50,106 nt of DNA, taken from positions 1 to 50,106 of the forward strand of contig BTVJ01000054.1 of assembly GCA_045863395.1 (NCBI GenBank), written 5' to 3'. The notes beneath the pieces were generated by a model that saw only the letters and a program-made list of their open reading frames with translations, searched no databases and had not been told where the DNA came from. The DNA is from Myxococcales bacterium (GTDB lineage: Bacteria > Myxococcota_A > UBA9042 > JABWCM01 > BTVJ01). Every line of letters starts with the position of its first letter. The first letter of the stretch is position 1. The translations under genes and the position numbers were made by a program. Positions 38,993 through 45,445 of the stretch are shown here, in pieces.

Positions 38993-39020
38993 ACCGTAGC
39001 ACCTGCCCCGTTCCAGTCAA
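38993..39020 (-). promoter_or_regulatory. Putative sigma70 promoter for the leftward lipoprotein-sigma-anti-sigma unit
   Basis: Minus strand TTGACT-16 nt-TACGGT, with an extended -10 TG. Confidence 0.45.
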
Positions 39021-39140
39021 GCCGCTGGCAGAGGCACGGTGGATCTGCTATGCAGTGCTCCCGGGTGGCTCCAGGACAGCTCGCTCGCGGCCTCCGCACC
39101 CTTGTGCTCCGCGAGAATCAGACTTCACCGAGGACACGAG

Positions 39141-40289
39141 ATGCACACGACGAGAGGGCGATGGGTGGCGGGGGTGCTGGCGGCCGTGCTGCCGCTCTGG
39201 GCTTGCGATGGTGGTGGCGAAGAGCAGGGATCGGGCGGTGAGGGCCCGGGGGTCTCGCTGGACGTGGTGCAGGGGGGCTCGGACGTGATGGCGGGGTCCG
39301 ACGCGGCCGGAGGCGACCCCGACGTGACCGAGCCCGACGACGCGGCCGCGGAGCAGGACCTCGGCACCGCCACCCCGGACGTGGCTGCGGGGGACGCCGG
39401 GGGCGCCCCCGACACGAGCACCGTCGACCCCAAGGCCCTGCTCGTCTACGAGCCCACGGCCGCCGAGCTTGCCGCCTACCCCCAGTGCACCCTCGAGAAG
39501 ATGACCCTGACCGTGCACGGCAACAAGGTCGCGACCCTTGCGCTCGGAAACGGCGGCCACGATGGCCACGGGCTCGACGTGGATGGCGATCCGGCCACCT
39601 GTGCGCCCGTCGACGACTGCGACAGCGGCATCGACAACCAGCTCGGCGCCCTCGGCGCCATCGTCAACGGGAGCCTCGTGGAGTCGCTGGACGCGGGGGT
39701 GATCATGCTGGTCCTCGAGTACGAGGGCTACGCCGCGGCTGGTCCTGGCAACCCGTTCAACCTCAAGATGTACACGGCGCGCATCGACCCGGACGACGAG
39801 GACTGCGACTGGCAGACCGAGGAGTGCATCTACAACATCCGCGCCGACTCCTATGACGAGAACTGCAACCCGCTCATGACCTTCGACAATGCCGTGATCG
39901 CCTCTGACGGGGCGTTCACTGCCGGCGGACCAGACGGCAAGTTCATCCTGTCCGTGCCGCTCTTCGGGCTCACCGTGCAGGTGCCCGTGTACAAGGCCCG
40001 CATCATCGGGCAGGCCGACGTGAAGAGCGGCGTCGTCCTCGGCATGGAGGGGCTCATCGCGGGGGCGGTTCCCAAGTCCGAGCTCCTGGGCGCCGTCGAG
40101 GTGATCCCCGACGAGGAGTTCACCGCCACCGGCTTCAGCAAGGACTTCATCGTCAGCGCCATCGACAGCATCGTCGCCGACGACATCGACACCGACGGCG
40201 ACGGAGTGGGGGACGGCGCCAGCGTCGGCATCCGCTTCGGCGCCATCCCGGGAAAGCTCGCCGGCTTCGAGATCCCCGCGAAACCGTGA
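39141..40289 (+). CDS. Acidic hypothetical lipoprotein (382 aa)
   Basis: GAGGA RBS. Lipobox VLPLWA-C. D/G linker, GLDVDGD..C..GIDNQLG motif, C-terminal DIDTDGDG Ca-binding-like loop. Confidence 0.8.
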   Translation: MHTTRGRWVAGVLAAVLPLWACDGGGEEQGSGGEGPGVSLDVVQGGSDVMAGSDAAGGDPDVTEPDDAAAEQDLGTATPDVAAGDAGGAPDTSTVDPKALLVYEPTAAELAAYPQCTLEKMTLTVHGNKVATLALGNGGHDGHGLDVDGDPATCAPVDDCDSGIDNQLGALGAIVNGSLVESLDAGVIMLVLEYEGYAAAGPGNPFNLKMYTARIDPDDEDCDWQTEECIYNIRADSYDENCNPLMTFDNAVIASDGAFTAGGPDGKFILSVPLFGLTVQVPVYKARIIGQADVKSGVVLGMEGLIAGAVPKSELLGAVEVIPDEEFTATGFSKDFIVSAIDSIVADDIDTDGDGVGDGASVGIRFGAIPGKLAGFEIPAKP

Positions 40290-40367
40290 GGGTCTTCGCG
40301 GGCGGGCGGGAGCGCGGGGCTCCTCGTGCACGCCATTTGCCGGCGTCCGTGATATAGTCCCGCAGCG

Positions 40368-41027
40368 ATGGCCGTGCACGAAGACGAGCAGATCCTGATT
40401 GACCGCTGCCTGGGGGGTGACCAGAGGGCGTGGTCAGAGTTCGTCGAGCGGTACACCGACCTCGTCTACTCGTCGATCCACCACTCGCTGCGGGCGCGCG
40501 GCGCCCGAATGGGCTCCGACGAGGTCGAGGACCTGCACAACGGTATCTTCCTCGCCTTCATCGAGCGCGACGGCCGCAAGCTCCGCCAGTTCGACGGGCG
40601 CTGCCGGCTGACGAGCTGGATCAAGGTCGTCAGCGTCAACTACACCATCGATCGCCTCCGGCGGCGTCGCCGCGTGGTGTCGCTCGACGACTCGAGCGGG
40701 GACGGGCCCGGGCTCATCGCGCTCCTCGAGTCCGACGATCGGGTGGCCTCCGAGTCCTTGGAGACGCGCCAGGACCTGAAGCTCGTCGCGGTGGTCGTGG
40801 CGAAGCTGTCCAAGTCGGAGCGGGAGCTGGTGGACCTGCTGTTCGTCCAGGAGCGCCCCTTTCCCGAGATTGCGGAGAGGCTCGGAACCTCCCTTGGCGC
40901 CGTCTACACCCGAAAGAACCGCCTGATCGCCAAGATCAAGGACCGCTTCGACAGAGAGCTGAAGAAGGTCCGCGCGAACGCTGGTGAGAAAAGCCATGGC
41001 CGCGCGTCAGGGGACGGCAAGGCGTAG
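40368..41027 (+). CDS. ECF RNA polymerase sigma factor (219 aa)
   Basis: LIDRCLGGDQRAWSEFVERY, EVEDL..IFL, FDGRCRLTSWI...NYTIDRLRR, and region 4 EIAERLGTSLGAVYTRKNR. Extended -10 TGaTATAGT at 40350-40358. Confidence 0.9.
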   Translation: MAVHEDEQILIDRCLGGDQRAWSEFVERYTDLVYSSIHHSLRARGARMGSDEVEDLHNGIFLAFIERDGRKLRQFDGRCRLTSWIKVVSVNYTIDRLRRRRRVVSLDDSSGDGPGLIALLESDDRVASESLETRQDLKLVAVVVAKLSKSERELVDLLFVQERPFPEIAERLGTSLGAVYTRKNRLIAKIKDRFDRELKKVRANAGEKSHGRASGDGKA

Positions 41028-41082
41028 GGGGAGCGCGGGGACGACGCCCGCGTTGCTTCGACCACGCCAACGAGGTGAAGAC

Positions 41083-41721
41083 ATGACGGACCCCTACAGC
41101 CATATGGATGACCTGCTCCGAGCCGCGCTCTCCACCACCTGCTCGCTGGACGACCGTGAGCTCGCCGCCATGGAGGCCGACGGGCGCCTCGCCGAGCACT
41201 CGGCTCGCTGCGCGCCGTGCGCGGAGAGGGCAGCGGTGCTGGCTCGCATCGACGCAGAACCCGTCCGGGCGGCTCCCGCCGCGCGGGCAGCCATGGTGGC
41301 GCGCGCGCAGGCGCTCATGACCCAGCGGGAAGATCTTCTGACCGTGATCGTTCGCTGGATGAAGGGCGCGTTCGACGTGCTCACCGGCGGAGAGGCGCTG
41401 ATCCCCGCCGCCGCAGTGAGCCTTCGGTCCCTCGCAGAGGACGTCGTGCACGAGCCCGTGTCGTTCCGCAAGCGCCTGGGCGGCCTAGACTTGATTGTGC
41501 ACCTGGCGCCGCGCTCCGACGAGCGCTTCGACATCCTGTTGGATCCGCCGGGTGGCCCGTCGCATCGCTACGCGCTGCTGCGGGGTGGAAAGGAGCTGTT
41601 CTCGGAGGTCTCGCGCGGGGCGCGGGTCCGGTTCCCGGAGGTGGCTCCGGGCAGCTACGCCATCGCCGTGCACACCGGCGCGGACCTGGTCGGGCGGATC
41701 GTGGTGACTGTCCACCACTGA
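41083..41721 (+). CDS. Soluble putative anti-sigma factor: HxxxCxxC zinc finger plus C-terminal Ig-like beta domain (212 aa)
   Basis: GAGGTG RBS. C...EHSARCAPC (ZAS/zf-HC2). No TM stretch. C-terminus VRFPEVAPGSYAIAV. Confidence 0.75.
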   Translation: MTDPYSHMDDLLRAALSTTCSLDDRELAAMEADGRLAEHSARCAPCAERAAVLARIDAEPVRAAPAARAAMVARAQALMTQREDLLTVIVRWMKGAFDVLTGGEALIPAAAVSLRSLAEDVVHEPVSFRKRLGGLDLIVHLAPRSDERFDILLDPPGGPSHRYALLRGGKELFSEVSRGARVRFPEVAPGSYAIAVHTGADLVGRIVVTVHH

Positions 41722-41737
41722 GGCTTGCGGAGGCTCA

Positions 41738-43789
41738 TTGGCGAGGAGAGCGCCAGTACTGGTCCTCGATGTCGCGACGAACGGTGACGGGCTACGGGTC
41801 TCCCTTCTGGAGAAGACCCCGGGCACGTGGCGCACGGTCGTACCGCTATATTTGCACCACGTCGACCTGGACCGCGTCCGCACCATCAATCGGGATATCT
41901 ACGCCATCCTGAACCGGGCCAACCGGCGCGGCGACATCGACCGCGGGAGCAGCGACATGCTGCGCCGGGCGGGGCAGCGCCTCTTCGACGAGCTCTTGCC
42001 GGGGCCCGTCAAGGAGCGGCTGCGGACTGCCGCTGTCGCTGGCATCGATGAGCTCGTGCTGTGCCTGGACGAGCCGGTGGTGTACCTGCCATGGGAGCTC
42101 CTGCATACCGGGCACGGGTTCCTGGGGCTCGACTTCGTCATGGGGCGCATCGTGCGGTCGGAGCGGGGCCCACTGGGGCCGCCGCGCGTGCTCGACACCG
42201 AGCGGCCGAGCGAGATGCTGATCGTCTGTGACCCCCGTGACGACCTGATGGCCAGCTACTACGAGGGTGTCAGCATCCGCGACGACATGGACCTGCACCG
42301 TGATCGGGTCGAGGTCGCCCTCAAGTCGAGCGAGGTGGACGTCCCCTGGCTCCAGGAGGCCATCCGGGACTACGACATCGTCCACTACGCGGGGCACGCC
42401 GACTACGTCGCGCGGGCGCCCAACGACAGCGGGTGGAAGCTCGCGGGGGGGAAGCTGACGGCCCGGGAGATCCTTCGGGTCGCCGGTGGAGCCCCGTTCC
42501 CGCTGCTCGTCTTCGCGAACGCCTGCCGGTCCGGGACCATGTCGCCAGCGCTCCTGACCGAGCGGCACGGCGAGGGGGTCTTCGGGCTCGCCAACGCGTT
42601 CCTCATCGCGGGGGTGCAGCACTTCATCGGTGCGCTGTGGGACATCCCCGACGAGAGCGCCTGTCACTTCGCGCTGGCCTTCTACCGCTCGCTGATGAGC
42701 GGGGTGACCGTCGGTGCGGCGGTGCGCGCCGCCCGCCGGGCGCTGGTCAAGCGATACGGCGCCGACAGCGTGCTCTGGGGTAGCTACGTGTACTACGGCG
42801 ACCCCACCTACGCGATCTTCGCGCGGATCCCCCTCGATGCGCCGGCCGTTCCTCGCCTGCCCACCCCGCTGCCTCGGGCCGGAGCCGAGGTCGTGGCGCT
42901 CCCGCGCGCTGCCCAGCGACCGGCCGACGAGGTGCCCATGAGGCGCGTGGCGAGGCTCCGCGGGGCGCTGGCGCTCCCCGACCTGGAGCTGCCTCGCGCG
43001 CGCCTGCCCCGCGCTGCGCTCCCTGCGCTGGCCGCTGCGGCCGTGCTGGCGATCTTGGCGGCCGTGGCGCTGCTGCTCCTCGCGCCGCTGGAGGAGGAGC
43101 CGGCCCAGTACACCTATGAGTCGGTTCCCCCCACGCGGCTGGCGCAGCGGGATGTGGCGCCGCTCCGGCCCACCATGGCGGTGGCAAGCGCGGGCCAAGG
43201 CCTCGCCGAGCCTCTGCGGGCGGAGGCCCGGGTGTTCGTCCAGACCGTGGACGCCGCGGGCGGCGTGGAGGTCGTCGAAGTCCCGGCCGGGGCGGAGCTG
43301 ATGGGCGACGACGGGTTCCAGGTGCAGCTCCGCGTCAACCGGCCGGCCTACACCTATGTCTTCCTCGTGGGGACGCGGGGGGACGTGGCGCAGCTCCTGC
43401 CGAGCCCCGGTGCCGCCGTGCCGTACTACCGGGACTCGGACGCGTGGGTGCGGCTCCCGAGCAGCGAGAGCTGGTATCGGGCCAGCGAGCGGCGGGGGCT
43501 CTACGCGGTGGTCCTCGCGGGCTCGGTGCGTCCCGTGGAGGACCTGAGGTCCGTTCTGAGCGACGTGCAGTCCATCCGGGACAAGGTGGTCCGCGAGTCT
43601 CCGCTCGTCCACGTGCTGGTGCACCGGGTGCCGCTCGGGCCGCCAAGCCGTGGCACGTGGCGCCCGACCACCGAGGACGAGGCGGTGTCCGTCACGCAGG
43701 TGGACGTGCGGCGCTTCGAGCGGGAGCTGGCGGTCCGGCTGCGGCAGTCCTTCGATGCGGTGGAGCTGCGGATCCTGCGGGTGCGGTAG
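41738..43789 (+). CDS. CHAT-domain (caspase-like, clan CD) protease with TM helix and C-terminal DUF4384-like domain (683 aa)
   Basis: GGAGG RBS, TTG start. G..LFDELLP, LPWELLH, IVHYAGHA (His220), LVFANACRSG (Cys263), GLANAFL.AG...IGALW.I.D, FY..L..G, W.SYVYYGDP. TM at ~43015-43087. GDDGFQVQLRVNRPAYTYVF..G.V.QLLP DUF4384 pattern. Confidence 0.9.
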   Translation: MARRAPVLVLDVATNGDGLRVSLLEKTPGTWRTVVPLYLHHVDLDRVRTINRDIYAILNRANRRGDIDRGSSDMLRRAGQRLFDELLPGPVKERLRTAAVAGIDELVLCLDEPVVYLPWELLHTGHGFLGLDFVMGRIVRSERGPLGPPRVLDTERPSEMLIVCDPRDDLMASYYEGVSIRDDMDLHRDRVEVALKSSEVDVPWLQEAIRDYDIVHYAGHADYVARAPNDSGWKLAGGKLTAREILRVAGGAPFPLLVFANACRSGTMSPALLTERHGEGVFGLANAFLIAGVQHFIGALWDIPDESACHFALAFYRSLMSGVTVGAAVRAARRALVKRYGADSVLWGSYVYYGDPTYAIFARIPLDAPAVPRLPTPLPRAGAEVVALPRAAQRPADEVPMRRVARLRGALALPDLELPRARLPRAALPALAAAAVLAILAAVALLLLAPLEEEPAQYTYESVPPTRLAQRDVAPLRPTMAVASAGQGLAEPLRAEARVFVQTVDAAGGVEVVEVPAGAELMGDDGFQVQLRVNRPAYTYVFLVGTRGDVAQLLPSPGAAVPYYRDSDAWVRLPSSESWYRASERRGLYAVVLAGSVRPVEDLRSVLSDVQSIRDKVVRESPLVHVLVHRVPLGPPSRGTWRPTTEDEAVSVTQVDVRRFERELAVRLRQSFDAVELRILRVR

Positions 43790-43809
43790 AGGCGGGGCGC
43801 CGGGCGCAC

Positions 43810-43847
43810 AAAAAAAAACTGGCCGCGAGCCGAAGCCCGCGGCCAGT
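43810..43847 (-). terminator. Rho-independent terminator on the minus strand
   Basis: ACUGGCCGCGGGC-UUCG-GCUCGCGGCCAGU 13-bp stem (one G.U pair, cUUCGg loop) followed by 8 further U. Confidence 0.9.
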
Positions 43848-43995
43848 CCCAACCGAACCTCCTCAGAACGAGGGCGCGGGGTCCCTGCTCCCCGCCTCCC
43901 TCCAACCTCCCAGAGGCAGGTCGCTCAGGCGGGCGCCCCTGCAAAACGCCCGGCCTTGGCTGCCTCTGTTGCGCCGTTCCTCACGACGTCTCGGG
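43810..43995 (-). ncRNA. Candidate sigma54-dependent small RNA (~185 nt, three stem-loops)
   Basis: Lies between a consensus sigma54 promoter and an intrinsic terminator on the same strand, with no SD-led ORF contained inside. Stems at 43911-43968, 43870-43902 and 43818-43847. The 5' end is inferred from promoter spacing. Confidence 0.72.
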
Positions 43996-44005
43996 CTGCC
44001 ACCCT

Positions 44006-44021
44006 TGCAATGGCGGTGCCA
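44006..44021 (-). promoter_or_regulatory. Sigma54 (RpoN) -24/-12 promoter
   Basis: Minus strand TGGCAC-CGCCA-TTGCA, an exact match to TGGCAC-N5-TTGCW. Confidence 0.82.
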
Positions 44022-44168
44022 TGGCAAGGGTGTGTGGGAATGCCAGGTCCATGTGCCGTGTTTTCGGCCTGTTGCGCTCTCTCACTCCAGAACCTGCGGG
44101 TCAGGAGTACGCACCGCGAGGCGGGCTTGGCGTGGTGTGTGGCCCTGGCTGTTCAGCCAGCCCTTTGT

Positions 44169-44224
44169 TTTCAATACCTTGGCGTGGTGACAAATTGCGG
44201 CAGCCCCACTGTCGCACATTGTCA
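44169..44224. promoter_or_regulatory. IHF-like site plus imperfect inverted repeat (candidate enhancer-binding-protein UAS)
   Basis: TTTCAATACCTTG (44169-44181) has 1 mismatch to WATCAANNNNTTR. TGACAAATTGCGGCAG-CCCCA-CTGTCGCACATTGTCA (44188-44224) is 13/16 complementary. Confidence 0.55.
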
Positions 44225-44299
44225 TGGGCCAGTGAGGCTGGCGTGGCTGGTCCTCACTCATTGATCAAGGGGGGAACACCGTGGTATCCACCGTCCCCC

Positions 44300-45298
44300 A
44301 TGGACGCCGCTGTTGACCACTCCTTTCGCGTCGGACCGCTCGCGGTGCGGCCGGGCCTCGTCCTGGCGCCGATGAGCGGGGTCACGGACAGCGCGTTCCG
44401 GCGCCTCGTGAAGCGAGCGTCGGGCGAGAGCGTCGGGCTGCTCGTCACTGAGTTCGTCAGCGTCGAGGGGCTCACTCGGAAAAATTTGCGGACCTGCATG
44501 CGCATCTCTTTCAAGGTCACCGAGGAGCGCCCCTTGTCCGTGCAGATCTTCGGCGCGGACGTGGACCGCATGGCGGATGCGGCGGCCATGGCCGAGCAGG
44601 CAGGCGCCGATCTGGTCGACGTCAACTGCGGCTGCCCCGTGCCCAAGGTCGTCCGTCGCGGGGGTGGGGCGGACCTGCACCGGGATCTCCCGCGGCTCGG
44701 GCGCATCCTGAGCGCGATTCGCAGGCAGATCTCTGTCCCGCTCACCGTGAAGATGCGCTCCGGCTGGGACGACGGCTCCAAGAACGCGGTGGAGCTGGCG
44801 CGGGTCGCCGTCGACTGTGGGGTGGAGATGCTGGCCGTCCACGGGCGGACCCGCGTGCAGCTCTACTCCGGGGAGGCGGACTGGGGGGCTGTGCGGGACG
44901 TGGCGCGGGCGGTGCCGGTCCCCGTGGTGGGCTCGGGGGACGTCACGACGCCCGACGAGGCGCTCGCGCGGCTGGACGGGGTCTCCGGGCTGATGATCGG
45001 GCGCGGCGCCATCATGAACCCGTGGATCTTCCGGCAGGTGCACGAGCGCCTCCAGGGGCGCCCCTCCACCGAGCCGACGGTGCGCGAGCGCATCGACCTG
45101 CTGGTCGCCTACCGGGACCTGTTGGCGGAGTCGCTGCCTCGCAAGGCGCTGGCCGGCCGCCTGAAGATGATGCTCTCGCGCTTCGCCAAGAGCCTCCCCG
45201 GGGGTGATGCGCTGCGCCAGGAGGCCATGCGGCAGCAGGAGGTCGGCGCCATCCTGGACGTGGTGGAGGCGTGGGCCGGCGCTCGTGCGGCGGCCTGA
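44300..45298 (+). CDS. dusB: tRNA-dihydrouridine synthase, DusB-like (332 aa)
   Basis: LAPMSGVTDSAFR, TEFVS, VQIFG, DVNCGCPVPKV, PLTVKMRSGWD, VHGRTR.QLYSGEADW, GSGDV, MIGRGA..NPWIF. Confidence 0.92.
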   Translation: MDAAVDHSFRVGPLAVRPGLVLAPMSGVTDSAFRRLVKRASGESVGLLVTEFVSVEGLTRKNLRTCMRISFKVTEERPLSVQIFGADVDRMADAAAMAEQAGADLVDVNCGCPVPKVVRRGGGADLHRDLPRLGRILSAIRRQISVPLTVKMRSGWDDGSKNAVELARVAVDCGVEMLAVHGRTRVQLYSGEADWGAVRDVARAVPVPVVGSGDVTTPDEALARLDGVSGLMIGRGAIMNPWIFRQVHERLQGRPSTEPTVRERIDLLVAYRDLLAESLPRKALAGRLKMMLSRFAKSLPGGDALRQEAMRQQEVGAILDVVEAWAGARAAA

Positions 45299-45304
45299 AG
45301 TTCG

Positions 45305-45379
45305 TGTAACTCCTTGGTTGTAACCATTTGGTGACATGCGCGCTGGGTCGCTGGCCAAAAGGACCGCGTGACCTATAAT
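45305..45379 (+). promoter_or_regulatory. Putative nifJ promoter with upstream palindromic regulator site
   Basis: TGGCCA-16 nt-TATAAT (45352-45379). TGTAACCA-TT-TGGTGACA palindrome (45319-45336) and an extra TGTAAC half-site (45305-45310). Confidence 0.55.
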
Positions 45380-45445
45380 GGCGGCGGCCGTGGGCAGGAG
45401 CCGCACGTGGGCGCCACGGCCGCGCCCCGAGGACTGGAGGAAGCG

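Noticed and set aside
39026..39050. Possible second sigma54 promoter (GGCACG...TGC)
   Set aside because: GG-to-GC spacing is 12 nt rather than the required 10.
40368..43789. Type III-E CRISPR (Csx29/Csx30/sigma) locus
   Set aside because: No Cas7-11, array or other cas genes are in the window, and the CHAT protein has TM plus DUF4384-like regions instead of a TPR domain.
43501..43944. 147-aa minus-strand ORF as the product of the sigma54 promoter
   Set aside because: It has no SD, runs through the intrinsic terminator and overlaps the CHAT gene antisense.
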